A DNA stretch of 64,000 nucleotides from an uncultured Allofournierella sp. (GCA_944382775.1 CALWNI010000001.1:56104-120103); one strand, 5' to 3'. Numbered from the stretch's first letter, positions 18,320 through 28,394 are shown. Notes: generated from the sequence alone by a model not told the origin. Numbers and translations are program-made.

Positions 18320-19150
18320 ATGAAAAAACTAATTGCTTTGACCATGGCAGCATTGCTGGCATTTAGCATGACTGCATGCGGTGGTGCAAAAACAAATTCG
18401 GGCAGCACTGCTGCTTCTTCCAATGTACAAGCTGCTACTGTTGACCTGAGCGGTGACCCGGTAGCCTTTTTGAAGGGCAAAAAGGTAGCAGTTCAGCAGG
18501 GTACCACCGGCGATTCTTTTGTTGCGGACCCTGACTTGGGCTGTGAGGTAATGCAGTTCAGCAAATATGCCGATGCCGTTACCGCATTGGAGCAGGGCAA
18601 GGTAGATGCCATTGTAATTGATAAGTATCCTGCCGAGGCTTTTGTGGCACAAAAGGGCGATTTGGCAACCTTTGAAACCCCGCTGACCAGCGATTCTTTT
18701 GCCATTGCACTGAAAAAGGGCAACACCGAGTTGACTGAAAAATTCAACCAGGCAATTGCAGAGCTGAAGGCCGACGGAACTCTGGACGCCATCATGGATA
18801 AGTACATCAACGGCGTAGAGGGTGCCACCGGTTATGTAACTCCCGAAGGCACCGAGTACCCCAACGGTAAGCTGGTTATGGCAACCAACGCAACCTATCC
18901 TCCCTATGAGTATCTGGAAGGCGAAAACATTGTGGGCATTGACCCGGAAGTTGCCAAGGCTATCTGCGATAAGCTGGGCTACGAGCTGGAAATTCAGGAT
19001 ATGGAATTTGATGCAATTTTTGCAGCGGTTAGCAGCGGCAAGGCTGACTTTGGCGCAGCCGGTTTGACCGTTACCCCCGACCGTGAAAAGAACGTGGATT
19101 TCACCGAGGAATACTCCGAGGGTATTCTGGTTTGCATGGTAAAGAAATAA
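18320..19150 (+). CDS. Polar amino acid ABC substrate-binding lipoprotein (family 3), circularly permuted
   Basis: Lipobox MTAC; LKGKKVAVQQGTT...IMDKY half precedes the LVMATNATYPPYEY...TPDREKNVDFT half. Confidence 0.88.
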   Translation: MKKLIALTMAALLAFSMTACGGAKTNSGSTAASSNVQAATVDLSGDPVAFLKGKKVAVQQGTTGDSFVADPDLGCEVMQFSKYADAVTALEQGKVDAIVIDKYPAEAFVAQKGDLATFETPLTSDSFAIALKKGNTELTEKFNQAIAELKADGTLDAIMDKYINGVEGATGYVTPEGTEYPNGKLVMATNATYPPYEYLEGENIVGIDPEVAKAICDKLGYELEIQDMEFDAIFAAVSSGKADFGAAGLTVTPDREKNVDFTEEYSEGILVCMVKK

Positions 19151-19229
19151 AATAACCCAAAGCAGGGGCCGGCTTAGGTTGGTCCCTGCTTATGTGTGTG
19201 ATTGGTAAAACAGATAAAGGAGAAATTGT

Positions 19230-19949
19230 ATGAACGCTGCATTGGCTGAGTTTTGGCAAAACCATATTTACCAAAACTTTATTGCAGAAAATCGCTGGAA
19301 ATACCTTGTAAGCGGTTTGCAAAATACTTTTATTATCACATTTTTTGCGTTGCTGCTGGGCATTGTTTTGGGTGCTTTGGTGGCGGTGGTTCGTGTAAGC
19401 CACGATAAATCCGACCGTCCCGGTGCGGTGCTGAAAGTTTTAAATGCAATTTGCAAATGCTACTTAACCATTATCCGCGGTACACCCGTTATGATTCAGC
19501 TTTTGATTATGTACTTTGTCATTTTTGGCAGCGTAAACATCAGCTCAGTGGTTGTGGCATGTTTTGCATTCGGCATCAACTCCGGTGCTTATGTGGCAGA
19601 AACCATCCGCAGCGGTATTATGAGCATTGACCCGGGCCAGATGGAAGCAGGCCGCAGCTTGGGCTTGCCTTATGGCATGGTTATGAAAAACATTATCCTG
19701 CCGCAGGCGGTAAAAAACGTGCTGCCTGCCCTGGCAAACGAATTTATTGCCCTGCTGAAAGAAACCTCGGTTTCCGGCTACATCGGTCTGCGTGATTTGA
19801 CCCGTGGCGGCGATATTATCCGCAGCCAAACATGGGACGCATTCCCGCCCTTGCTGGCAGTTGCGGTGATTTATCTCATCTTGGTATTGTTGATTGAAAA
19901 AGGAATTCATGCAATGGAAAGGAGGCTGGCTCAAAGTGATCGAGGTTAA
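19230..19949 (+). CDS. Polar amino acid ABC permease
   Basis: [24 protein letters not shown]...[13 protein letters not shown] loop, [11 protein letters not shown]. Confidence 0.95.
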   Translation: MNAALAEFWQNHIYQNFIAENRWKYLVSGLQNTFIITFFALLLGIVLGALVAVVRVSHDKSDRPGAVLKVLNAICKCYLTIIRGTPVMIQLLIMYFVIFGSVNISSVVVACFAFGINSGAYVAETIRSGIMSIDPGQMEAGRSLGLPYGMVMKNIILPQAVKNVLPALANEFIALLKETSVSGYIGLRDLTRGGDIIRSQTWDAFPPLLAVAVIYLILVLLIEKGIHAMERRLAQSDRG

Positions 19950-20658
19950 GAATCTTGAAAAAAGCTTTGGTTCGGTTAAAGTATTAAATCAGTTGAATTT
20001 AACCATCAACAAAGGCGACAAAGTGGTATTGGTTGGCCCCTCCGGTTGCGGCAAGTCCACCTTTTTGCGTTGCTTGAATTTGCTCGAGCATCCCACCGGC
20101 GGCGAAATCTATTTTGAAGGTCAATTGGTTAATGGCCCTGATACCGACATCAACCAGCTGCGCCGCAAAATGGGTATGGTGTTCCAGCATTTTAACCTGT
20201 TTCCGCACCTTACCGTAAAGCAAAATATTACCTTGGCACCGGTTAAATTAAAGCTGAAAACCCAGCAGGAAGCCGATGCACAGGCAATGAAACTGTTGGA
20301 GCGAATTGGCTTGGCAGACAAAGCCGATGTATACCCCAATAAGCTGTCGGGTGGTCAAAAGCAGCGCATTGCCATTGTGCGCGCTCTGGCAATGGACCCC
20401 GATGTATTGCTGTTTGACGAACCCACCAGTGCCTTAGACCCCGAAATGGTAGGCGAGGTACTGGAGCTAATGAAAGAACTGGCAGACAGCGGCATGACTA
20501 TGGTGGTAGTAACCCACGAAATGGGCTTTGCCCGTGAGGTGGCAAACCGTGTTATCTTCATCAACGAAGGCAAAGTGCAGGAAGATGAACCGCCTCAGGA
20601 ATTTTTCACCAACCCGAAAAATCCCCGTTTGCGCGAGTTTTTGGCAAAAGTATTATAA
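19936..20658 (+). CDS. Polar amino acid ABC ATP-binding protein (GlnQ-like)
   Basis: [39 protein letters not shown]; GTG start after AAGGAGG. Confidence 0.95.
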   Translation: MIEVKNLEKSFGSVKVLNQLNLTINKGDKVVLVGPSGCGKSTFLRCLNLLEHPTGGEIYFEGQLVNGPDTDINQLRRKMGMVFQHFNLFPHLTVKQNITLAPVKLKLKTQQEADAQAMKLLERIGLADKADVYPNKLSGGQKQRIAIVRALAMDPDVLLFDEPTSALDPEMVGEVLELMKELADSGMTMVVVTHEMGFAREVANRVIFINEGKVQEDEPPQEFFTNPKNPRLREFLAKVL

Positions 20659-20927
20659 AAATGAAAAAGAATCGCAAGGCAAAAGCTTTGCGATTCTTTT
20701 TTGTTTGTTGCAGTAGAATGGTTAGAAAAAATCATAGTAATGGTAAAAATTTTAGTAACACAATACAAAAATGGACGAAAGTGCAAATAGTAAAGCCGCT
20801 TTGCAATAGACGTTCTCCGATTGCTGTACTACAATGAAAACAGAAATAATACGCCGAACACTTGCAACCCAAATAAGCAGATGGTTGCAAGCAAGGCGGT
20901 TGCAACGATACGAAAGGACGGAACAAC

Positions 20928-22331
20928 ATGAAGTTTTTAAACGTTGAAATTCCCGTAAAAAATGTACCGGAGCTGGACCAGGGCTTTGTACCGCTGGGTC
21001 TGTTTTTTAAGCATTATGCAGTGGGCGCAACCAAGCCTTTGTGCATTGCGGTAGAGCGCAGCGGCGGCCAGATTGGTACATGGGAATGCAAAGTACATGG
21101 AACCCCCGAAATGGCACAGGCCGATGCATACTATGTTGACCGTTTGGTAAAATTTTTGCTGTGGAGCTGGGGCGGCTTTAAGGTTTATATCTGCGGCGAC
21201 GATGCACTGGCAGAAGGCGTGAAAAAGGCATATTCCGTAGGCGGCAGCCGTGAGTTTGATAAAAACTTTATGGAAGGTGTTTACGAGCGTGCCTTTGAGG
21301 TTGTGGCATTGCCCTATGACCAAAAGCCAACCGCATTCCAAAAAACCGAAAGCGTTGGCCGCCATACCAACGGTGCCCGCATCGGTTTTGATGCAGGCGG
21401 TTCAGACCGTAAGGTAAGCGCCGTAATCGACGGTGAAACCATCTACAGCGAAGAAGTGGTATGGTATCCCAAGGTCAACGAAAATCCCGACTATCACTAT
21501 CTTGGCATTTTGGCTGCTATGGAAACCGCAGCAGCTAAAATTTTGGAAAAAGGCCGCAAGGTAGACGGCATTGGCGTATCCTCTGCCGGTGTTTACATCG
21601 ACAATAAGTGCATGGTGGCAAGCCTGTTCCTCAAGGTGAACAAGCAGGACTTTGATGCCAAGGTAAAAAATATCTATACCCGTGCAGCGGAAGATTTGTC
21701 CCGTATTTTGGGCTATGAAATTCCCGTTGTTGTGGCAAACGACGGCGACGTTTCGGCTTTGGCAGGCGCAATGGGTCTGGGCGAAAACGGCATTATGGGC
21801 ATTGCAATGGGCACCAGCGAAGCCGTGGGCTATGTGGACGGCGAAGGCAACATCTGCGGCTGGCTCAACGAATTGGCCTTTGCTCCGGTGGACGGTCAGC
21901 CCGATGCCATGGAAGACGAGTGGAGTGGCGACATTGGCTGTGGTGTAAAATACTTTAGCCAAGATGGTGTGAACAAGTTGGCACCCCGTGCCGGCATTGA
22001 GCTGGACGAAAGCGAACCCCCTGCAAAACGCTTAAAGGTAGTGCAGGCTTTGATGGAACAAAACGACGAGCGTGCCATCAAGGTATATGAGAGCATCGGC
22101 GTCTATCTGGGCCATACCATGGGCTTGTATGCACAGTTCTACGACATTCACCATGTGCAGATGATGGGCCGTGTTATGAGCGGCCGCGGCGGCGATATTA
22201 TTCTGGAAACGGCAAGCCGTGTTATGGACGAAGAATACCCTGAAATTGCATTCCGTCCCGAAGCACCCGACGAAATGACCCGTCGTGTGGGCCAAAGTGC
22301 AGCAGCCGCAAGCTTGCCCGAAGTAAAATAA
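20928..22331 (+). CDS. ROK-family (sugar kinase fold) protein with a long N-terminal extension
   Basis: IGFDAGGSDRK, GIGVSSAG, NDGDVSALAG, MGTS, NELAF; no HTH and no CxCGxxGC zinc motif. Confidence 0.8.
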   Translation: MKFLNVEIPVKNVPELDQGFVPLGLFFKHYAVGATKPLCIAVERSGGQIGTWECKVHGTPEMAQADAYYVDRLVKFLLWSWGGFKVYICGDDALAEGVKKAYSVGGSREFDKNFMEGVYERAFEVVALPYDQKPTAFQKTESVGRHTNGARIGFDAGGSDRKVSAVIDGETIYSEEVVWYPKVNENPDYHYLGILAAMETAAAKILEKGRKVDGIGVSSAGVYIDNKCMVASLFLKVNKQDFDAKVKNIYTRAAEDLSRILGYEIPVVVANDGDVSALAGAMGLGENGIMGIAMGTSEAVGYVDGEGNICGWLNELAFAPVDGQPDAMEDEWSGDIGCGVKYFSQDGVNKLAPRAGIELDESEPPAKRLKVVQALMEQNDERAIKVYESIGVYLGHTMGLYAQFYDIHHVQMMGRVMSGRGGDIILETASRVMDEEYPEIAFRPEAPDEMTRRVGQSAAAASLPEVK

Positions 22332-22449
22332 AAGATTGTGAAAACATTTTGTAACTTTTTGCCCGCCCCTTTTTGGGGCGGGCATTTTGTGCTATAATAG
22401 AACGCAAGAAACTGTTTATTAAGCATAGAGAGAAAGGGGAAGGTTCCCT

Positions 22450-23100
22450 ATGAAACGATACAATTGGGTTTTTGCGGCAATTTGCTTTGTCGTTGGCACC
22501 TTGCTGGCGGTATTGCCTATGCCGTTTTACGGTGTAAGAATGGCAATGCGTGTAATCTCGCTGCCGGTTATGGTGGGCGCAGTGCTGTTTGTGGTGAATG
22601 GTCTGGCAAGCAGTGTGCCCAAGGTGCAGTTTGCACAGGAAAAGGCACGCATAAATTTTGTACCTGGTCAGGTGCCGGCACCGCCCATGATTCCGCAGGA
22701 GTTACCCTTGGAGCAAAAAGTAACCGGAAGCCTGCGTGGTGCGCTTACTGCTATGAGCCGTATGGAAGGTACATTTGCACAGTCGCCTATGCTTGCGTGG
22801 CAGTTTGAGCGCATTGTGAACGCTTGCAAATCCGTTTTGGAATTGGTGGAAAGCGAGCAAAACCAGCCCCAGCAAGCTGCAGATTTTGCGGTGCAGTATC
22901 TGCCCAATGTAATGCAGTACTTAATGGCATGCCAAAGAGAGGGCTGCCCCCAAAACAGCGTGGAAACAATGGCACGCATTGCGGTGGCTTGCGAACGTCA
23001 GCAGGATGCACTGCTGCAAAATCAGTATGTAACCTTTGAACGGGAATATTATGCACTGCGGACCGATATGCACGAAGCTGCATTTTCTTGGGACGTATAA
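22450..23100 (+). CDS. Membrane-anchored hypothetical protein, XpaC-like C-terminal domain
   Basis: Two N-terminal TM helices; helical domain with AADFAVQYLPNVMQYL resembling the XpaC F...YLP motif. Confidence 0.5.
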   Translation: MKRYNWVFAAICFVVGTLLAVLPMPFYGVRMAMRVISLPVMVGAVLFVVNGLASSVPKVQFAQEKARINFVPGQVPAPPMIPQELPLEQKVTGSLRGALTAMSRMEGTFAQSPMLAWQFERIVNACKSVLELVESEQNQPQQAADFAVQYLPNVMQYLMACQREGCPQNSVETMARIAVACERQQDALLQNQYVTFEREYYALRTDMHEAAFSWDV

Positions 23101-23120
23101 AGCGGTTGTGTTTTCAACAA

Positions 23121-23155
23121 TAAAAAAAGACGAGGTGGAAAACCTCGTCTTTTTT
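23121..23155. terminator. Bidirectional intrinsic terminator
   Basis: AAAAAAAGACGAGGT...ACCTCGTCTTTTTT. Confidence 0.85.
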
Positions 23156-23161
23156 TCGTTT

Positions 23162-24208
23162 TTAAGGTTGACACAGCGGTAAAATAGCATCGGAATCAAG
23201 GTACAGCGTGTTCGGAAGCATTGGTTTTTCGCTGCTCAGGGTGTGTTTGCTCACCTTCCACCACAGGGGCAGAGAACAGTTGTTGACCGAAAAACGGAAG
23301 GTAAAGAAAAAGGGGTCTTCCATTTGTTGGGTAAGTTCCACCGGAATGGGATTTTCCTGCCCATTTGGGGAAAAATCATGGGCACGGATTCCGATTCCCA
23401 TAAGCCCATCGGGAACCACCCACCTCGTTTGCAAGGTATGGTTCCAATCGGGCAGAAAAATGCTGTGATCGCCCTGTTTTTTTGCGGACAGAATGTTTTT
23501 GCATCCGGTTAGCTTGGCGGCAGTAACGGATTTTGGGCTGTGAAATAGTTCTTTGGTATTGCCGCAAGCAACCACTTTGCCTTGTTCCATTACAACGGTG
23601 TTTTCGCAAAGCCGATAAATTTCATCTCGGTCATGGCTTACCAAAATAGCAGGGCCGCCAAAGCGGGCCAAGGTGGATTGTAATTCAAGCTGTAAGCCTT
23701 CGCGCAAGTTGGCATCCAGCGCAGAAAAGGGTTCGTCCAAAAGGGTGGCATTGGGCTGGGCAGCAAGCATGCGAGCCAAAGCAACACGCTGTTGCTGACC
23801 GCCCGAAAGCTGATAGGGCCGATGCCGTTCTAACCCGTTTAGATGAAATGCGGCAATCAGTTGTGCGGTTTGCTGCTGACGCATGGCTTTGTTATAGTGC
23901 GAGGGCAAAACCGCTTGAATGTTTTGCTGTACCGTCATGTTGGGGAATAGGGCATAGTTTTGAAACAAAAAGCCAACCCTGCGTTTTTGCGGCGGTAAGT
24001 CAATGCCCTGCTGCGAGTCAAACAGTACCGTATCATTTAATACAATCCGCCCCTTGTCCGGCCGTAAAATGCCTGCAATGCACCGCAGGGTCAGACTTTT
24101 TCCACACCCTGAAGCCCCTAAAATGCCCAGGATTCCGTTTGGGGCGGTAAAGGCAACATCCAAACAAAAGGTATCGAACTTTTTTTGAATTTGTACTTCC
24201 AGTGCCAT
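23162..24208 (-). CDS. modC: Molybdate ABC ATP-binding protein
   Basis: GASGCGKS, LPPQKRRVGFLFQNYALFPNMTV, LSGGQQQR, LDEPFSALD; follows modB. Confidence 0.9.
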   Translation of the reverse strand: MALEVQIQKKFDTFCLDVAFTAPNGILGILGASGCGKSLTLRCIAGILRPDKGRIVLNDTVLFDSQQGIDLPPQKRRVGFLFQNYALFPNMTVQQNIQAVLPSHYNKAMRQQQTAQLIAAFHLNGLERHRPYQLSGGQQQRVALARMLAAQPNATLLDEPFSALDANLREGLQLELQSTLARFGGPAILVSHDRDEIYRLCENTVVMEQGKVVACGNTKELFHSPKSVTAAKLTGCKNILSAKKQGDHSIFLPDWNHTLQTRWVVPDGLMGIGIRAHDFSPNGQENPIPVELTQQMEDPFFFTFRFSVNNCSLPLWWKVSKHTLSSEKPMLPNTLYLDSDAILPLCQP

Positions 24209-24211
24209 AGG

Positions 24212-24886
24212 TCAATGCCCCTTTCTTTGGGTGGTGTTGCGTTTTTCCAGCAAGTTGACCGCAAGCAGTACAACGGCGGAAATGGCAAGGTTAATCAGTA
24301 CCCAGCGGAAAGCAAGGGCATCGTTATTGGTGCGCCACAATTGATACACCGTGGTGGAAATGGTTGCAGTTTTGCCCGGGGTATAGCCGGCAATCATGCT
24401 GGTGGCACCGTATTCGCCCAAGGCACGGGCAAAGGAGAGCACTGCACCGGCTAGGATTCCCTGCCGACAGGCAGGCATCCGAACACGCCAAAACAAATAG
24501 GTGTTGGATAAGCCTAGTGTTTTGCCGCAATCGGTAAGGGTTTCGTCAAAACTTTCAAATGTACCACGGGCGGTGCGATACATGAGGGGAAAGGCCACCA
24601 CAACAGCGGCAAAGATAGCGGAGTACCAGGTCATAACCAGTTTTATGCCGAAATGCTCTTGAAACCAGATGCCAACAGGGCGACGACTGCCCAGCAAAAC
24701 CAGCAAAAAATACCCCACTACGGTGGGAGGTAAAACCAAAGGCAGGGTGAATACAACATCCAAAAGGCCTTTCAGCCAACGGGGAAGCTTTGCCACATAA
24801 TAGGCCGCAAAAATGCCCAGAAAAAAGACGATTACACCGGAAATAACGGCAATGCGCAGGGAATTATACAGGGGATACCAATCCAT
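24212..24886 (-). CDS. modB: Molybdate ABC permease
   Basis: TLPLVLPPTVVGYFLL, FPLMYR, FARALGEYGAT. Confidence 0.95.
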   Translation of the reverse strand: MDWYPLYNSLRIAVISGVIVFFLGIFAAYYVAKLPRWLKGLLDVVFTLPLVLPPTVVGYFLLVLLGSRRPVGIWFQEHFGIKLVMTWYSAIFAAVVVAFPLMYRTARGTFESFDETLTDCGKTLGLSNTYLFWRVRMPACRQGILAGAVLSFARALGEYGATSMIAGYTPGKTATISTTVYQLWRTNNDALAFRWVLINLAISAVVLLAVNLLEKRNTTQRKGH

Positions 24887-24943
24887 ATATGGCTCCTTTC
24901 AAAGAAAAAGGGGTGAAGCAATGGCTTCACCCCGCATGTGTGG

Positions 24944-25795
24944 TTATTCCACAATTGTAAAGCCGACCTCTTGCAAAATGGCGTGGGCTTTTTCGTTGGT
25001 TTTTAAAAAGGTTAAAAAGGCCTGTGCCTCTTGGGGGTGTTGGCTGTTTTTTAGTGCAGCGGCAGGGTAAATGACCTGACTGCACATGTCGGCGGTGGCT
25101 TTGTCCACCACGGTTAAACCGGCACGAAAGGCATCGGTGGCGTAGATAATGCCGCAATCGGCAGAACCTTCGGATACCTGTGTGGTTACCTCTTTTACGT
25201 TGGAGCCGTAGGTGATTTTTTGGTTTTCCTCCAGTGTAGTTAAAACGCCCAGATGGGTCAGAATTTCGGTGGAGTAAGCACCCACCGGTACATCTTCGTT
25301 GCCAAGGGCAATTAGGTTTAATTTGTCGCTGGTTAAATCGGCAAAGGATTGAATGTTAGCAGGGTTGTTTTGCGGAACCACCAGTACAACCTGATTTTCC
25401 AAGAAATTAAAGCGTGTGGAATGGTCGATGAAATCCAGCCCATCAGTGTTCACCGATGCATCGGCTTGGATGTCCAGCTGATCCATTTGTTTTTGTGCGG
25501 CACTTATAAATACGTCGCAGGCTGCGCCTTCTTCAATCTGGGTTTTCAGTGTGCCGGAAGAATCAAAGGTGAATTGAAGGGAAACATTGGGGGCTTCGGT
25601 TTTGTAAAGCTCGGCAATTTCTTCAAAGGTTTCAGTTAAGCTGGCGGCAGCAAACACCGTTAGTTCAACCGACTGTGCCTGAGAAGATGCAGTGGCTGCG
25701 CTGCTGCCGGAAGAAACCGAAGTGGCATTGGTGCAGCTTGCAAGCATACCACCGCATAGTACCAGAGCAATTGCAGAGAACAACATTTTTTTCAT
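24944..25795 (-). CDS. modA: Molybdate ABC substrate-binding lipoprotein
   Basis: Lipobox LASC, VFAAASLT, FDSSGTLKTQIEEGA, VPVGAY, GIIYATDA. Confidence 0.95.
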   Translation of the reverse strand: MKKMLFSAIALVLCGGMLASCTNATSVSSGSSAATASSQAQSVELTVFAAASLTETFEEIAELYKTEAPNVSLQFTFDSSGTLKTQIEEGAACDVFISAAQKQMDQLDIQADASVNTDGLDFIDHSTRFNFLENQVVLVVPQNNPANIQSFADLTSDKLNLIALGNEDVPVGAYSTEILTHLGVLTTLEENQKITYGSNVKEVTTQVSEGSADCGIIYATDAFRAGLTVVDKATADMCSQVIYPAAALKNSQHPQEAQAFLTFLKTNEKAHAILQEVGFTIVE

Positions 25796-25815
25796 GCCAA
25801 CACTCCTTTTTTAAA

Positions 25816-26289
25816 TCAAAAACAAAAATCGCCGCTTTTGCCGCCGTGTTTTTCCTGTAAATGAATGTTGCAAATTTCCATGCGCTTATCAATGGCTTTG
25901 CACATGTCGTATACCGTGAGCAATGCCACCGAAACACCGGTAAGGGCTTCCATTTCCACACCGGTTTTGCCTTCACATTTTACGGTGCAGCGTGCTTCAA
26001 TTTCGCACTGCTGGGGATGAAGCGTAAATTCTACACCGGTTTTGCTTAGGTTTAACAGATGACACAAGGGGATTAAATCGCTGGTGCGTTTGGCAGCCAT
26101 AATACCGGCAACCTGTGCAACGCCCAGTACATCGCCCTTTTTGGCGCGGCCCTGTGCCACCGCTTCAAAGCATTCGGGGCTCATGCGAATGATTCCCACC
26201 GCAACTGCAGTGCGGCTGGTCACGTCCTTTTCGGATACGTCCACCATTTGGGCATTGCCCGCAGCATCAATATGGGTAAACTCTGCCAT
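25816..26289 (-). CDS. moaC: Cyclic pyranopterin monophosphate synthase
   Basis: [52 protein letters not shown]. Confidence 0.97.
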   Translation of the reverse strand: MAEFTHIDAAGNAQMVDVSEKDVTSRTAVAVGIIRMSPECFEAVAQGRAKKGDVLGVAQVAGIMAAKRTSDLIPLCHLLNLSKTGVEFTLHPQQCEIEARCTVKCEGKTGVEMEALTGVSVALLTVYDMCKAIDKRMEICNIHLQEKHGGKSGDFCF

Positions 26290-26293
26290 AGCG

Positions 26294-27319
26294 TTACACT
26301 CCTTTGCCAAAACCACAGTTGGGCCAGGTGCAAACCGAACAGTTTAAGCACAAGCCACCGTGCCCCAAGGCGGCAAGGTCTTTTGCCGAAACCGGAACAT
26401 CCGCCATAATGCGGGGCAGAACCAAATCGAAAATGGTACGCTTTGCGTACATTACACAGCCGGGCAAACCCATGACGGGGCGACCGTCCGCCATGTAAGA
26501 CAGCAAGAACATGGCGCCGGGCAGCACCGGGGCACCATAGCTGACGATATTTGCACCGGTATTGCGAATGGCAAGGGGGGTCTTGTCGTCCGGGTCAACG
26601 CTCATACCGCCGGTGCAGATTACCATATCCACGCCCTGGTCCAACATCTGCTGAATGGCAGCGGTGATTTTTTCATGGTCATCGTTTAGCACAACGTGCT
26701 GTGTCATAACGCTGCCGTACTCAGCCAGTTTTTGTTCAATCACCGGGGTGAAGGTATCTTCAATGCGGCCATAAAATACTTCGTTTCCGGTGGTTACCAC
26801 ACCCACCTTTTTTGGGGTAAAGGGAATGAGTTTTAAAAGCGGAGTATCCCCGGCGGTTTGCTTGGCACGCTCCATTTTTTCCTTTTCAATGACAAGGGGA
26901 ATGATGCGGGTGCCGGCCAACTTATCGCCCTTTTTTACAGGAAAACCCGAAGAATGGGTGGCAATCATCATTTCGCCCAGCTCGTTGATGGCACGCAACC
27001 GCTCCACATCAATCAGCAGCAGACCGTCACAGTCTGCCACCAGCTCAATTTTTCCCTCTTTTACAGGGGTAGGGTGCATGTGCTCGTTTTGGCAGATACC
27101 TCGCAGAATTTCGGCGGCATCGTTTTCATGCAGGCGGGTTTCGCCTTTTTCCCAAACATATAAATGGTCTTTGCCCACGCTGAGCAAAACCGGAATATCC
27201 GCTTCGGTTACCACATGGCCCTTGCGAAAAACGGCGTCTTTGGTTACGCCTTTGATGATTTGTGTAATATCGTGGCAGAGCACATGTCCAACGGCGTCTT
27301 TGGTATCAATCAGTTTCAT
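26294..27319 (-). CDS. MoeA-like molybdopterin-binding protein (short clostridial type, C-terminal 4-Cys cluster)
   Basis: [51 protein letters not shown]. Confidence 0.85.
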   Translation of the reverse strand: MKLIDTKDAVGHVLCHDITQIIKGVTKDAVFRKGHVVTEADIPVLLSVGKDHLYVWEKGETRLHENDAAEILRGICQNEHMHPTPVKEGKIELVADCDGLLLIDVERLRAINELGEMMIATHSSGFPVKKGDKLAGTRIIPLVIEKEKMERAKQTAGDTPLLKLIPFTPKKVGVVTTGNEVFYGRIEDTFTPVIEQKLAEYGSVMTQHVVLNDDHEKITAAIQQMLDQGVDMVICTGGMSVDPDDKTPLAIRNTGANIVSYGAPVLPGAMFLLSYMADGRPVMGLPGCVMYAKRTIFDLVLPRIMADVPVSAKDLAALGHGGLCLNCSVCTWPNCGFGKGV

Positions 27320-27360
27320 AAAACGGATACACTCCCTATACAAAGTATGATATAATAAAA

Positions 27361-27388
27361 AGCGTTATATATTTTAAAATATAATGAT
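27361..27388. promoter_or_regulatory. ModE-type operator between the moeA-like/moaC/modABC operon and xdhC
   Basis: AGCGTTATATA-N6-AATATAATGAT, just downstream of a minus-strand TTGTCA-17-TATCAT promoter. Confidence 0.7.
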
Positions 27389-27503
27389 TTTTTAATATGA
27401 TACCATTTTTTTGAATCATTGACAAGATGAAAAGGGCTTTTGTCAGCCTTGGATATGCTATACTGAGAAAAAGAAAACGGAACAGAAAAAGGAGCAAAAT
27501 ACA

Positions 27504-28361
27504 ATGAACGAAATGTGGAAAGAACTGATTCGGCGGTTGCCGCAAGAAGATGCTGTTTTGGTTACCATTGTTGAAAGCATGGGATCAGCACCACGGCATA
27601 CCGGTGCAGTTATGGCCGTTTTTGCAGACGGCAGCCTGCTGGGCACCGTGGGCGGCGGTAAGGTGGAGGCAGTGTGCCAACAGCGTGCGGCAGAAGTTTT
27701 GCAGCAAAAAGCCGATGCGGTGGAAGAATACAATCTTTCGGATTCCGGCAAAAATCGCTTGGACATGGCATGCGGCGGAGCGGTAAAGGTGGAGTTTTGC
27801 TATCTGGCAGCAGGGGAGCAATCGGCAAAGCGGATGCAAGCTTTGGCAGAGCAGCAAAAGCGTAACCGTGTATTGTTGTTTGGGGCCGGGCATGTAAGCC
27901 GTGCTTTGGCGGCGTTGTTGCCTGCCTTGGAATTTGATTATGTGGTGGTAGATGACCGCCCGGAGTTCGCAAAACCCGAAGCTTTTGCAGGGGCTACAGC
28001 CGTACTGTGTCAGGACATGGAAAAAGCGGTGGCGCAGTTGCAGGTAAACGAGGATGATTTTATTGTAATTATGACACGGGGGCATGTGCATGACCAGGAG
28101 GTACTGCGTGAGGCATTGCGCACACCTGCCTCGTATATCGGTTTAATGGGCAGCCGCAGAAAAATTGCCATGACCCGTGCATTGCTGCAAGAACAGGGCT
28201 TTGATGAACAAGCCTTTGCACGGGTATCCACCCCCATTGGTTTAAACATTGGGGCAGAAACGCCGGCAGAAATTGCAATCAGTGTGGCGGCACAATTAAT
28301 TGAAACACGGGCTTCTTTGCACAAACACACAGAAAAACCACTGCACCTGATTCACAGCTAA
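27504..28361 (+). CDS. xdhC: XdhC/CoxI family molybdoenzyme maturation factor
   Basis: GSAPRHTGA, GTVGGGKVE, MACGG, FGAGHV, VDDRPEFA, MTRGH..D, YIGLMGSRRK, PIGLNIGAETPAEIAIS. Confidence 0.92.
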   Translation: MNEMWKELIRRLPQEDAVLVTIVESMGSAPRHTGAVMAVFADGSLLGTVGGGKVEAVCQQRAAEVLQQKADAVEEYNLSDSGKNRLDMACGGAVKVEFCYLAAGEQSAKRMQALAEQQKRNRVLLFGAGHVSRALAALLPALEFDYVVVDDRPEFAKPEAFAGATAVLCQDMEKAVAQLQVNEDDFIVIMTRGHVHDQEVLREALRTPASYIGLMGSRRKIAMTRALLQEQGFDEQAFARVSTPIGLNIGAETPAEIAISVAAQLIETRASLHKHTEKPLHLIHS

Positions 28362-28394
28362 AACAAAAGCGTCGGCAATGCTGACGCTTTTGTT

